In this document: piece after piece, positions 16,465 through 25,449 of the stretch
How the letters are laid out: each line of letters opens with the position of its first letter
How positions within the stretch are numbered: position 1 is the stretch's first letter
From: Alphaproteobacteria bacterium
Lineage (GTDB): Bacteria; Pseudomonadota; Alphaproteobacteria; UBA9219
NCBI GenBank assembly: GCA_040773965.1
Contig: JAXGVG010000001.1
Location: forward strand, 1-36,257
Direction: 5' to 3'
Length of the DNA: 36,257 bases
Program-made: the position numbers and the translations under genes
Notes under the pieces: generated by a model
What the model was told of the DNA's origin: nothing
Seen by the model: only the letters and a program-made list of their open reading frames with translations
Database searches by the model: none

Positions 16465-16731
16465 ATGCGTTCCCTCGTTATTCGCAAACGGTTTGACCGT
16501 GATATCAAGCTTGCCCGCAAACGCGGCAAAAAGATAGACAAGCTGCGCGGTGTTGTTGACGATCTTCAGGCCGGAAGACCATTGGCTGCCCGGCACAGGC
16601 CTCATCTGCTTGGTGGCGAATGGCAGGATTGTTGGGAATGCCACATCGAACCTGACTGGCTGCTCATTTATCAGCTTACCGAAGATGAGCTTGTTCTCAT
16701 CCGCACAGGTACGCATAGCGATTTGTTCTAA
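16465..16731 (+). CDS. type II toxin, YafQ/RelE family mRNA interferase
   Basis: 88 aa. FDRDIKLARKRGKKIDKL...HLLGGEWQDCWECHIEPDWLLIY...LIRTGTHSDLF matches the YafQ-type signature (from memory). Its stop overlaps the convergent dgt stop. Confidence 0.8.
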   Translation: MRSLVIRKRFDRDIKLARKRGKKIDKLRGVVDDLQAGRPLAARHRPHLLGGEWQDCWECHIEPDWLLIYQLTEDELVLIRTGTHSDLF

Positions 16732-17927
16732 ATCATCGTCTCCGTCGAGAAAAACTTTTTGTGCTCCTGCACGGCGAAGCGGTCGGTCATGCCCGCGATG
16801 TAATCCGCGATCATGCGCGCCTTTACGTTCTCATCGTTCTCCTGTCCCTGAAGCCGGGCGAACCAGTCGCTTGGCAAGCAGTCCGGCTTGTTCATCAAAA
16901 ACGCGAACAGGTCTTTCACGACGCGTTCAGCCTTGGCGCAGGCGTGATTGACGCGGGCGTGCTGATACATGCGGTGGCGCAGAAATTCGCGAATGACGTT
17001 CTGGTGCTGCGCCATGCCGAAGCTGAACTTGATCGTCGGTTGCGGGGCGCGGCGGATATCGTTGGCAGAGCCCGGCTTTAACATCAGGATCGCCGCCCGC
17101 GAGGTGTCGAGCAAATCCGTAATCATCGAGCCGATAACCTGACGCACTGTAGCGGACATGATGCGGGGCTTTTCGGCGTCCGGGTGATGGCGCTTCATGT
17201 CTTCAAGAATCGGGCCGAAAAGCGGCAGGTTCCTGAGATCGTCGAAATCGAAGAAGCCGGCGCGAAAGCCGTCGTCGATGTCGTGCGTGTTGTAGGCTAT
17301 TTCATCCGACAACGCGGCTACCTGCGCCTCCGGTCCCGCGAAGTTCGCCAGTTCCAGATCGCACCGTTCGTTGAATGCGGCGATGGTGGGGGACAGCGGC
17401 TCCCCGTTCTTTCCGTTAAGAAGCGGGCCGTTGTGCTTGACGACGCCTTCCAGCGTTTCCCATGTCAGGTTGAGGCCGTCGAATTGAAGGTAGCGGCGTT
17501 CAAGCCGGGTCAGAACGCGGAACGTTTGATCGTTATGGCTGAATCCGCCGTAAGGCGTCATAACGGCGGCCAGCGCGTCCTCGCCCGCGTGGCCGAAACA
17601 CGTGTGGCCGAGATCGTGCGCCAGAGCCACCGTCTCGGTAAGGTCCTCGTTCAATCCCATGGCGCGCGCGATCGAGCGGGCGATTTGCGCCACTTCCAGT
17701 GAATGAGTGAGCCGTGTGCGGTAATAATCGCCTTCGCTTTCGATGAACACCTGGGTCTTGTTGCGCAGCTTGCGGAAAGCGCCGGAATGGATGATACGGT
17801 CCCGGTCGCGCTGGAACTCCGTGCGCGTCGCGCTGGGAGCTTCGGGGAAGAGCCGCCCGCGCGTTTCCGCCGCTTTTGTGGCGTAAGGGGCCGCCGGAAC
17901 GCTCGAATCTTGCAAATAAGTAGCCAT
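16728..17927 (-). CDS. dgt: deoxyguanosinetriphosphate triphosphohydrolase-like protein (HD domain)
   Basis: FQRDRDRIIHSGAFRKLRNKTQVF and YRTRLTHSLEVAQIAR are classic dGTPase family motifs, and LAHDLGHTCFGH is an HD motif. Confidence 0.9.
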   Translation of the reverse strand: MATYLQDSSVPAAPYATKAAETRGRLFPEAPSATRTEFQRDRDRIIHSGAFRKLRNKTQVFIESEGDYYRTRLTHSLEVAQIARSIARAMGLNEDLTETVALAHDLGHTCFGHAGEDALAAVMTPYGGFSHNDQTFRVLTRLERRYLQFDGLNLTWETLEGVVKHNGPLLNGKNGEPLSPTIAAFNERCDLELANFAGPEAQVAALSDEIAYNTHDIDDGFRAGFFDFDDLRNLPLFGPILEDMKRHHPDAEKPRIMSATVRQVIGSMITDLLDTSRAAILMLKPGSANDIRRAPQPTIKFSFGMAQHQNVIREFLRHRMYQHARVNHACAKAERVVKDLFAFLMNKPDCLPSDWFARLQGQENDENVKARMIADYIAGMTDRFAVQEHKKFFSTETMI

Positions 17928-17992
17928 GCCGCCACACTAGCGAGGCAACTTGCTTTTGGCTAGCTCTAAGCATGGAAGACCATTGAAGAGGA

Positions 17993-18037
17993 TTGACGGA
18001 AAATCCGTTTGACGTATTCCGTTAAACGTGTTATCCT
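17993..18037 (+). promoter_or_regulatory. candidate higBA promoter/operator region
   Basis: TTGACG is repeated at 17993 and 18009. The palindrome ACGGA-AAA-TCCGT lies at 17996-18008, with further ACG/CGT half-sites. The -10 assignment is ambiguous (TATCCT 18032-18037 is too close to the ATG). Confidence 0.3.
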
Positions 18038-18042
18038 TCGCT

Positions 18043-18324
18043 ATGATCTGTAGTTGGAAGAATCGCGCGTCGCGCCTGCTATGGCAGGATCCGCCTGTTT
18101 CCAAATTCAGGGGGCTGGATGTTTCTCTGGCCGTTGAAAGACTTGCGCTTTTGAATGCCGCGCAAAGTTTGCAGCAGATATCGCCTTTAAAAAGCGTCGG
18201 GCTTCATGCGTTGAAGGGCAGCCGCAAGGGACAGTGGGCCATCCATGTCAACGGTCCCTGGCGCATATGTTTCAAGTTTCGTGAAGGTCACGTTTGGGAC
18301 GTTGAAATTGTCGATTATCACTAA
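18043..18324 (+). CDS. higB: type II toxin HigB (RelE/ParE superfamily, killer protein)
   Basis: LHALKGSRKGQWAIHVNGPWRICFKFREGHVWDVEIVDYH is the HigB-type C-terminal signature. The toxin gene precedes the antitoxin gene, as in higBA. The start is ATG 18043 or GTG 18028. Confidence 0.8.
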   Translation: MICSWKNRASRLLWQDPPVSKFRGLDVSLAVERLALLNAAQSLQQISPLKSVGLHALKGSRKGQWAIHVNGPWRICFKFREGHVWDVEIVDYH

Positions 18325-18344
18325 TGGAAGAAAAGGAGGTTCCC

Positions 18345-18665
18345 ATGGCCATTCCCGTCGTTCACCCCGGTTCGCTTTTGCGCCGTGAGCTTGAATCGCG
18401 CGGCCTGTCGGCGACCCGGCTGGCGCTCGATCTCGGCATTCCCCAAAGCCGCGTGGCGGAAATTTTGCGGGGACGACGCTCCATATCGCCCGACACGGCC
18501 TACCGGCTTGGCCTTTACCTGGGCACGGGAGGGGCTTTGTGGCTCAATCTTCAGGCGCAGCACGATTTATCGTTGCTGGAGCGCGATCGCGGTTCCGATA
18601 TTCAGCACGAAATAAGACTTCCTCCCCGGCGGCAAGGTTCGTCGCGCGGCGAAGCTCATGCCTGA
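18345..18665 (+). CDS. higA: type II antitoxin HigA (XRE-type HTH)
   Basis: HPGSLLRRELESRGLSATRLALDLGIPQSRVAEILRGRRSISPDTAYRLGLYLGTGGALWLNLQAQHDL matches the HigA/VapI HTH signature. AGGAGG lies 6 nt upstream of ATG 18345. Confidence 0.8.
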   Translation: MAIPVVHPGSLLRRELESRGLSATRLALDLGIPQSRVAEILRGRRSISPDTAYRLGLYLGTGGALWLNLQAQHDLSLLERDRGSDIQHEIRLPPRRQGSSRGEAHA

Positions 18666-18669
18666 AAAT

Positions 18670-19440
18670 ATGCGTATCGCGGCCTGGAACGTCAATTCGG
18701 TGAAGGCAAGAATGCCGAACATCACGGCCTGGCTTGAAACGGCCAGACCGGACGTTCTGCTTTTGCAGGAAATCAAGTGCGAGAGCGACGCTTTTCCCCG
18801 CATGGAATTCGCCGCGCTGGGCTACAGGGCCGCCGTTGCGGGCCAGAAGGCTTACAACGGCGTGGCCATCCTGAGCCGCGAGACGCCCGAGGACGTTCTC
18901 GACAGCCTTCCCGGCGATCCGGGCGACACGCAGGCGCGTTATATCGAAGCCACCGTTCAGGGCGTTCGCGTGGCCAGCATCTATTTGCCTAACGGCAATC
19001 CCGTCGGCTCGGAGAAATACGCCTATAAACTGGATTGGATGAAAAGGCTGAAGGATCGCATCGAGGAGCTTCTGGAAAAGGAAATGTCGGCCGTTCTCGG
19101 TGGCGACTATAACGTCATCCCATCGCCTGAGGACGTTTACGATCCTGAAGGCTGGGAGGACGACGCGCTTTATCGTCCCGAAACGCGCGCCGCTTTCCGT
19201 GAACTGATTCATACCGGCATGACGGAGGCTTTCCGTGCCCTGCACCCGCATCAAAAACATGCTTATACGTTTTGGGATTATCAGGGTGGATCATGGCAGC
19301 GCGACAACGGCTTGCGCATCGATCATTTTCTGCTGTCGCCGGAAGCGGTGGACCGCATGACCAAATGCTTTATCGACCGGACGCCGCGCGGACAGGACAA
19401 GGCGTCGGACCATGCCCCGGTCGTTCTGGATATCGCCTAA
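18670..19440 (+). CDS. xthA: exodeoxyribonuclease III
   Basis: The N-terminus MRIAAWNVNSVKAR, LLLQEIK, the YLPNGN motifs and the C-terminal SDHAPV are typical of XthA. An upstream ATG at 18658 would overlap higA. ATG 18670 matches the family N-terminus. Confidence 0.9.
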   Translation: MRIAAWNVNSVKARMPNITAWLETARPDVLLLQEIKCESDAFPRMEFAALGYRAAVAGQKAYNGVAILSRETPEDVLDSLPGDPGDTQARYIEATVQGVRVASIYLPNGNPVGSEKYAYKLDWMKRLKDRIEELLEKEMSAVLGGDYNVIPSPEDVYDPEGWEDDALYRPETRAAFRELIHTGMTEAFRALHPHQKHAYTFWDYQGGSWQRDNGLRIDHFLLSPEAVDRMTKCFIDRTPRGQDKASDHAPVVLDIA

Positions 19441-19901
19441 AACATTTTGTCGATTTCGGCCTGGTCCGCCGCGCCCTCGAAACCGTGAACGATCGCGCCG
19501 CCGTCGTCGACAAGGCCTTGCAACTGCATGGAATGCATCTGGGCCATATCCCGGAACTTGTCCAGATTGCCTTCTTCCAGCGCTAGCCGGAGCAGTTTGC
19601 GCGTTTCGACGATCATGGCGTTGATTTCAAGCGCGAGCCGGTCGAACTTCTCGCGCGATTCGGGCGGCGCCTGATGATAGGCCTCGATCGCCAGGGGTCC
19701 CCAGTGCAAACCGCTTTCCGTAAAATGCTCCACGTAGGTCTTGAATTGCCACTTGTCGACGTCGTCGAGAAGATCCGGCATGTCAGGCAGCATGTTGAGC
19801 ATCATGATCACTTCGTTGAAGTGATTGAAATAGTCCGTCGACAGCAAAGACCTTGGGTCGATGTTTGTCCCGTTGATTTTTTCAAGAAGCTCTTCGGTCA
19901 T
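19437..19901 (-). CDS. hypothetical acidic helical protein
   Basis: 154-aa ORF with protein-like composition. It converges on xthA with a 4-nt overlap. No family recognised. Confidence 0.6.
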   Translation of the reverse strand: MTEELLEKINGTNIDPRSLLSTDYFNHFNEVIMMLNMLPDMPDLLDDVDKWQFKTYVEHFTESGLHWGPLAIEAYHQAPPESREKFDRLALEINAMIVETRKLLRLALEEGNLDKFRDMAQMHSMQLQGLVDDGGAIVHGFEGAADQAEIDKMF

Positions 19902-19960
19902 GGGCTTTTTCTAAAGCAAAGCCCCCTAAAGAAAAATTAAAAAGATGGAGCGGGCAAGCC

Positions 19961-21148
19961 TCACTTGTGCCGGATCTGCATGACGCCCATGAAAAAAGCC
20001 GCAAAACCGAGCTGAATCCCGCCCACGATGCAGGTGACGGCGACGATCAAGACGCGCATGGCGTTCCGATAGTCGAGGGCCCCAAAATCCCTTACAGTCC
20101 AAAGGTTTATAAGCCACCCCACAGCCGAAAGGCCCAGCGCGATCAGGATTCCCGCCAGCACCAGAAGGCGTTCGAGGGTAAGGCCGCTTACAAGCTTTTC
20201 GAAACGCCGGGACGATGGAATGATGCCGTTGCGCATGGCGTATGTCCGCGCCATGAAGCCGAACGTGATGCTTTGGACCCCGACAAGTATGCCGACCGCG
20301 CCCACAAGGAGGGTATGCACGTCGAGTCCGACGCCTTCCGCGATTTTCATGGGTCCCGGGAGCAGGAGCCCGGCGATCATTAGCCCCATAACGATCATGG
20401 CCAGCCCCGGATAGAGGTAAAGCCAGCGGGGCGAGTAAAGCAGCAGAAAACGCAAATGCCGCCAGCCGTCCCGCCAGGGGTGAAGGTGGGGTTTGCGCCC
20501 TCTTCCGTCAGGTCTCAGCTTTACCGGCACCTCGGCAATGCGAAGGTTGTGAAGCGCGCCGCGAACGATCATTTCGCTGGCGTACTCCATCCCGATGGTG
20601 CGCAGATCGAGGCCGAGGATGGCCCGGCGGTCGAAACCGCGCAGGCCGCAATGAAAATCGCCGATGGGTATGTTGAAAAACAGCTTGCCGAGGGCCGTAA
20701 GAACGGGATTTCCAAGGTATTTATTGAGGAAAGGCATGGCGCCCGGCTCGATCCCGCCCTTGAACCGGTTCCCCACGACAAGGTCGTTACCCGCACGAAG
20801 CCTGGCGAGGATAGGCATAAGATCGGCAAAGTCGTAGCTGTCGTCGGCGTCGCCTATGATGACGTAACGTCCCCTGGCCGCCGCGATTCCGCCCGCCAAC
20901 GCCGCGCCGTAGCCCCGCTCGGCAACCTGTACGACCCGCGCATCGTAAGACCGCGCGACGGTGACGGAGTTGTCGTTGCTGCCGTTGTCGGCCACGATTA
21001 TCTCGCCGTCGATAGTGTTGAGGGTTAAAAAGTCGCGCGCCTTTTTTAAACAGGACGGAAGCGTCCGCGCTTCGTTCAGGCACGGCATCACGATCGAAAG
21101 CTCGATTTCCGGGTAAGAGAGCGGCAGCAGGTCTTGGGTGGCGGACAT
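19961..21148 (-). CDS. family 2 glycosyltransferase with C-terminal membrane domain
   Basis: GT-A signature (LSIVMPCLNEA, IIVADNGSNDNS, GDADDSYD) followed by about 4 TM segments. It resembles polyprenol-phosphate sugar transferases. Confidence 0.85.
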   Translation of the reverse strand: MSATQDLLPLSYPEIELSIVMPCLNEARTLPSCLKKARDFLTLNTIDGEIIVADNGSNDNSVTVARSYDARVVQVAERGYGAALAGGIAAARGRYVIIGDADDSYDFADLMPILARLRAGNDLVVGNRFKGGIEPGAMPFLNKYLGNPVLTALGKLFFNIPIGDFHCGLRGFDRRAILGLDLRTIGMEYASEMIVRGALHNLRIAEVPVKLRPDGRGRKPHLHPWRDGWRHLRFLLLYSPRWLYLYPGLAMIVMGLMIAGLLLPGPMKIAEGVGLDVHTLLVGAVGILVGVQSITFGFMARTYAMRNGIIPSSRRFEKLVSGLTLERLLVLAGILIALGLSAVGWLINLWTVRDFGALDYRNAMRVLIVAVTCIVGGIQLGFAAFFMGVMQIRHK

Positions 21149-21167
21149 GGCGGCTATACAAAGAGGG

Positions 21168-21257
21168 TGGCGGATGGGGTGAGATTCGAACTCACGGTAC
21201 CCTTGCGGGCACGCCGGTTTTCAAGACCGGTGCCTTAAACCACTCGGCCACCCATCC
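21168..21257 (-). tRNA. tRNA-Ser (anticodon UGA)
   Basis: The reverse complement folds as a class II tRNA. The acceptor pairs GGATGGG with CCCATCC, followed by G and an encoded CCA. The anticodon stem is CCGGT/ACCGG with loop CTTGAAA. It has a long variable arm and a T arm GTGAG-TTCGAAT-CTCAC. Confidence 0.9.
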
Positions 21258-21463
21258 GTGTGCAGCAATCTACATAAACCGGCCATGAAAGCAAAGCGGA
21301 AGGAAAAAAGGCCGATCCCGCTTTCGCTCCGGTATGCAGGGGCTTCGGGGGACAGGCCGCGGCCACCCTCTGCCCCGTCTTTCGTTGATTGGCTTTCCGG
21401 CCTATAATGACCCCGACAGGCGTAGCGGGTTTCACATGCGCCGGAAGATGGCCGGAGGAGAAA

Positions 21464-22027
21464 ATGACTTTTGCCGGAAAGCCGTTAAGCGCCGTCGTTC
21501 TCCTCATCGGAATGGCTCTGTCGGGGTGCGCTTTTTTCGCTCGCGCGCCAATCGGCAACCCGTCCGTGCCGCAACCGGCGAAAGACGTCGATCTGCAAAA
21601 ATATCTTGGCCGCTGGTACGAGATTGCGCGCTACGAAGCGCGTTTTCAGCGCGATTGCGAGGCGGTCGCGGCGGATTACAGTTTGAGGCCCGACGGACAA
21701 ATCGGCGTCGTCAATTCCTGCCGCAGGAAAACCCTCGATGCGCCCGTGGATTCCGTTGAAGGGCGCGCCTATGTCGTCGAGGGCAGCCGAAACGCCAAAT
21801 TGCGCGTCTCTTTCTTCTGGCCTTTTTACGGGAACTATTGGATTCTGGATCGTGGCGACGATTACGAATGGGCCATCGTCGGCGAACCGTCGGGCCGCTA
21901 TCTGTGGCTTCTGTTCAGAACGCCGCATCCCCCGGAGGCAGTGCAACAAGCCGTGAAAGCCCGCGCCGCGGAAATGGGCTACGAAACCAACCTGTTAAGA
22001 ACCACGAAGCATCAGGGTCTGAACTGA
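21464..22027 (+). CDS. blc: outer-membrane lipoprotein Blc (bacterial lipocalin)
   Basis: Lipobox LSGC, and the lipocalin motif YLGRWYEIARYEARFQRDC. GGAGGAG lies upstream of ATG 21464. The ORF opens earlier, at 21389. Confidence 0.85.
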   Translation: MTFAGKPLSAVVLLIGMALSGCAFFARAPIGNPSVPQPAKDVDLQKYLGRWYEIARYEARFQRDCEAVAADYSLRPDGQIGVVNSCRRKTLDAPVDSVEGRAYVVEGSRNAKLRVSFFWPFYGNYWILDRGDDYEWAIVGEPSGRYLWLLFRTPHPPEAVQQAVKARAAEMGYETNLLRTTKHQGLN

Positions 22028-22097
22028 TAATTAGCGTGGGGTTGCTTCGTAGTAAACCGAGGTTATTACTTTCTCTCCCGCAGGGTTGGGCAAAAAA

Positions 22098-23303
22098 TCA
22101 CGCTGCCCGGCTGGTTTTATAGCCGTGACTCTTCCCGCCTTTGTTTTTCCAGAAAGGCTTGCGCCGCGCCTTGTTTTGGGTCGCTTTCGGCCTGTGGCCC
22201 GGGGCTTGATCGTTGCTTTCTTTCCCATGCAACAGGCGATGGATAGCGCGCCATTTTTCGCCGTCGGCCGGGGTTATAAGATTGAGCGCCGAGCCTTCCG
22301 CTCCCGCGCGAGCCGTGCGGCCGATGCGGTGGATGTAGTCTTCGGGACACTGGGGAAGATCGTAATTGATGACATGCTCGATGTGCGGAATGTCGAGCCC
22401 GCGCGCGGCGACATCGGTTGCCACGAGGATGCGATATTGCTTGTCTCGGAAGGCCTGGATCACGCGGTCGCGGCGGCGTTGTTGCAGAGCGCCATGGATA
22501 GCGTCCGCTGCATGCGACGCTTTGTTAAGCTTGTTCGCCAGTCTCTCGGTTCCGTATTTCGTTTTGACGAAAATGAGTATGGAGCCTTTGCGCAACTGTA
22601 GCTGTTCCAAAAGCTTGTTGTATTTTTCGCCATCGTTCGTGTGAATCAATTCTTGTAGAATCTTCGCAATTGGCGTGTTGATCGATCCCACGGCAACCCG
22701 CGCGGCGTTTTTCGTGTATTTGACCGACAGTTTGACGATGTTCGCGGGTATGGTGGCCGAGAACAACAGGGTTTGCCGTTCGGCGGGGATATGGCGGACA
22801 ATCCGTTCAATCTGCTGGCCAAAGCCCATATCAAGCATGCGATCCGTCTCGTCGAGGACGAGAAAGCGTACGTTGTTCAGTTTCAGGCTGCCGCGTTCCA
22901 AATGATCGTTGATGCGACCGGGCGTCCCGACGACCAAACGCGGGCGTTGGTTAAGCTGTCGAAACTGACGCGGCATGGATTCGCCGCCGATCAAAAGCGC
23001 CGTTTTGATATCGGCGACCGGAATCATTTGTTGAAGCGCGGCCATAACCTGCCCCGCAAGCTCGCGCGTCGGCGTCATGATAAGCGCGTGCGCGTCGCGG
23101 TTTTCCATCAGCCTGGCAATCATCGGAATGCCAAAGGCTCCCGTCTTGCCTGTGCCCGTCTGGGCCGAGCCGAGAACGTCCTGTCCGGCGAGGACAAGCG
23201 GAATGGTCTGCGCCTGTATGGGCGTCGGCGTGGTGAATTGCATCCGGCCCAGCGCTTGCAGAAGTTTAGCCGGAAGGCCGAAGTTGTTAAAGTCTTGTGT
23301 CAT
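22098..23303 (-). CDS. rhlE: DEAD-box ATP-dependent RNA helicase (RhlE-like)
   Basis: Q motif (F..FGL...L......TPIQ), AQTGTGKT, PTRELA, DEAD-box variant LDETD, SAT, and HRIGRTARAG. It has a basic C-terminal tail. Confidence 0.9.
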   Translation of the reverse strand: MTQDFNNFGLPAKLLQALGRMQFTTPTPIQAQTIPLVLAGQDVLGSAQTGTGKTGAFGIPMIARLMENRDAHALIMTPTRELAGQVMAALQQMIPVADIKTALLIGGESMPRQFRQLNQRPRLVVGTPGRINDHLERGSLKLNNVRFLVLDETDRMLDMGFGQQIERIVRHIPAERQTLLFSATIPANIVKLSVKYTKNAARVAVGSINTPIAKILQELIHTNDGEKYNKLLEQLQLRKGSILIFVKTKYGTERLANKLNKASHAADAIHGALQQRRRDRVIQAFRDKQYRILVATDVAARGLDIPHIEHVINYDLPQCPEDYIHRIGRTARAGAEGSALNLITPADGEKWRAIHRLLHGKESNDQAPGHRPKATQNKARRKPFWKNKGGKSHGYKTSRAA

Positions 23304-23843
23304 GTCTTTTCCTTTTAATCGTTACGCTCGCTTTCGCGCGCTTCATCGTGAAGAGCCTCGTTCGAGCTTTCTTCGTTGAGTTTTTTCGGCGCAAGGCAAA
23401 GGGGCATGAAGCCCGGGCCTGGCCGATCCTAAAAACTCTTAAACAACGTGAAGGGAAAGAGGCAGACCCGAAGGTTCCGCTTTGAGCCTTTCATCGAAAG
23501 GCTTGGCCGGTCAAACCGGCGCCATGCACAAGCAAGAGTATTTTTAAACTCAGGGGCACTCTTAGAGAGTTGGTGCGGTGAAAGCAATAGAAAAGAGGGA
23601 AATGGGAGAAAATAGCAGGCTTTCGATGCAAGTATGCTCCTGTTAACCCTTTATTCTCTACTCAATAAACCCGCATAAATAGATGATCTCTTCCTTTGGC
23701 AGGCCGTGGCCAATCTCTATAATCTCATGTTTTGTTTTAAGCGCGGCAAAGTTGTTGGCAATGTTGTGTCTGGCGAGGAATGCGGCGATATTCCGCGCCG
23801 TTTTCCATGCGTTTTCTCCATGGAGCGATACAGGAAAAGCAGC
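23304..23843 (-). promoter_or_regulatory. long ORF-poor leader/promoter region upstream of the DEAD-box helicase
   Basis: 540 nt with no convincing ORF on either strand. It contains several short hairpins (for example AGCCTTTC-GATG-AAAGGCT) and a 30-codon uORF (23407..23315, minus strand) that ends 11 nt before the helicase ATG. Confidence 0.35.
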
Positions 23844-24848
23844 TTACTTTCCGGCAGTTAAAACTTCTTTGACGATTTTTCGAAAGTCTTCCATCGACTT
23901 TTCTTTCGTCGACGGGTTGCTTTCGCCTTTCGCGCCATAGGTCAAACAGGCTTTAAGCGCAGCCTTATATATAGGGCCGCTGAGGTTCTTGCGAATACCG
24001 ATAATGCCGGAGTGCTTTTCCATCCATGTGCCATCGCCCTGCTCTTCAAAGACGCAATTCTTGAAAACCTCGGCCTTCGGATGGCTCCATGGGCCGTTGT
24101 AGTCCCAGGCATGCGTCACGCCGGGATAGACAATCGTACGAATGTCAGCGCCCGCCTTTTTCATCTTTTCGGCCATGCTCAGGCATGGTTCGACGCCTGT
24201 ATAGGTATCCTTTTCGCCAAGGAGCATGAGGATCGGCGCACCTGTCGTTTTTAAATTCAACGGTTGTGTGGCGCAGCCCGGATAAAAAAGAACGTGTAAT
24301 TTATAAAAATATTCGGGCGAATATGCGGGAAGCTTGGTAGTCCAGTTCGGCAGAGCGGTTAGCGTGGCGACGATGCCGCCTTTGGAAAAACCGACAATGC
24401 CTGCGCGTTTAATGTCAATGCGTTCATTCTCGGCGAGCGCTTTTAAGGCCATTAAGGCATCGTTCGTCATGTCCTTCGTGGCCGAGACGAGGCTTTGATC
24501 GTCGTACGTGGTCGCGACGCCGCGCGGCGTGAAGCAATCGAGAATAAACGCGGCGACTCCCATTTTGTTGAGTTCTTTGGCGTAGGCATACTCGTGCTCT
24601 TGCGTGACTCCGCCGCTGCCGTGGACGATGACCATGACCGGCGCCTTTTCCTTGCCGGGCGGAAGCAGAAGAAAGCCTCCCGACAGAATGTTTTTGCCTT
24701 TATGGGTGCCGGGAAACTCGATGAGAACGCTGTCCGGATCGATTCTTTTATTGGCCAATCCGCCGGAAGGCAAGGGATCGGCCTGCAGCGGCGCAAGGGC
24801 GGGAAGAAGAAAGGCAAAGGCAAGATACAAAGAAAGAATGCGCATCAA
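23844..24848 (-). CDS. secreted alpha/beta hydrolase (dienelactone hydrolase family-like)
   Basis: Signal peptide ([19 protein letters not shown]), a nucleophile elbow GFSKGG, and C-terminal His context (VTHAWD). Confidence 0.72.
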   Translation of the reverse strand: MMRILSLYLAFAFLLPALAPLQADPLPSGGLANKRIDPDSVLIEFPGTHKGKNILSGGFLLLPPGKEKAPVMVIVHGSGGVTQEHEYAYAKELNKMGVAAFILDCFTPRGVATTYDDQSLVSATKDMTNDALMALKALAENERIDIKRAGIVGFSKGGIVATLTALPNWTTKLPAYSPEYFYKLHVLFYPGCATQPLNLKTTGAPILMLLGEKDTYTGVEPCLSMAEKMKKAGADIRTIVYPGVTHAWDYNGPWSHPKAEVFKNCVFEEQGDGTWMEKHSGIIGIRKNLSGPIYKAALKACLTYGAKGESNPSTKEKSMEDFRKIVKEVLTAGK

Positions 24849-25333
24849 TTCTTCGCCCGCATGATACGCGCCTTGTCGCGCTGCCAGTCGCGTTTTTTGA
24901 TGGCTTCGCGCTTGTCGGCCTTGTGTTTTCCCTTACCGAGGCCGAGTTCGACCTTGGCGATGCCGCGCCTGTTGAAATAGAGCGCCAGCGGGACGATGGA
25001 GATTCCTTCCCGCTTCACCGCGCCAAGGAGCTTGTCCATCTGGCGGCGATGCAAGAGCAATTTGCGGGGGCGGTGCGTTTCATGTTGAAGATGCGCGCCC
25101 GCTTGCTTGTATTCGGGGATATAGGCGTTCAGCAGATAGAGATCGCCGCCCTTCCCGCCTGCGAAGGCTTCCTGAATGCTGGCCTGCCCGAGGCGAAGCG
25201 ACTTCACTTCCGTGCCGGAAAGCATGATCCCGGCCTCGAGGGTATCCGTGATAAGGTAGTCATGGCGCGCGCGGCGGTTCAGCGCCGTAAAACGCTTGGC
25301 TTTTTCGCGGTCGGTTTTATTTTTCTGGGCCAT
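24845..25333 (-). CDS. smpB: SsrA-binding protein SmpB
   Basis: [29 protein letters not shown] and the C-terminal basic tail ([19 protein letters not shown]) are typical of SmpB. Confidence 0.92.
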   Translation of the reverse strand: MAQKNKTDREKAKRFTALNRRARHDYLITDTLEAGIMLSGTEVKSLRLGQASIQEAFAGGKGGDLYLLNAYIPEYKQAGAHLQHETHRPRKLLLHRRQMDKLLGAVKREGISIVPLALYFNRRGIAKVELGLGKGKHKADKREAIKKRDWQRDKARIMRAKN

Positions 25334-25449
25334 GGCGGCGGATTAGAGCATAGATTCCGGGCAAAAACACCCCTTTCCCTTGCATAAACGGCTCTAACGT
25401 AGTTAAGTCGAAGGCGTATCCTCAATCCGATTCCCCGGTTTTCGGCACG

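Noticed and set aside
19903-19926. GGGCTTT-N9-AAAGCCC hairpin between the GT2 gene and the 154-aa gene, considered as an intrinsic terminator.
   Set aside because: On the relevant minus strand no U-tract follows the stem, which runs straight into the next start codon. The stem is short and AT-rich.
21381-21408. Perfect TATAAT (21403-21408) with an upstream TTGATT as a blc promoter.
   Set aside because: The spacer between TTGATT and TATAAT is only 12 nt, and alternative -35 hexamers at proper spacing are poor. The TATAAT alone is not enough to call a promoter.
25334-25449. Possible tmRNA (ssrA) next to smpB. I also looked in 23304-23843.
   Set aside because: The gap is too short. Neither region shows a tRNA-like acceptor/T-arm or an alanine-rich tag reading frame (ANDN...-type). 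Alphaproteobacterial two-piece tmRNA need not be linked to smpB.
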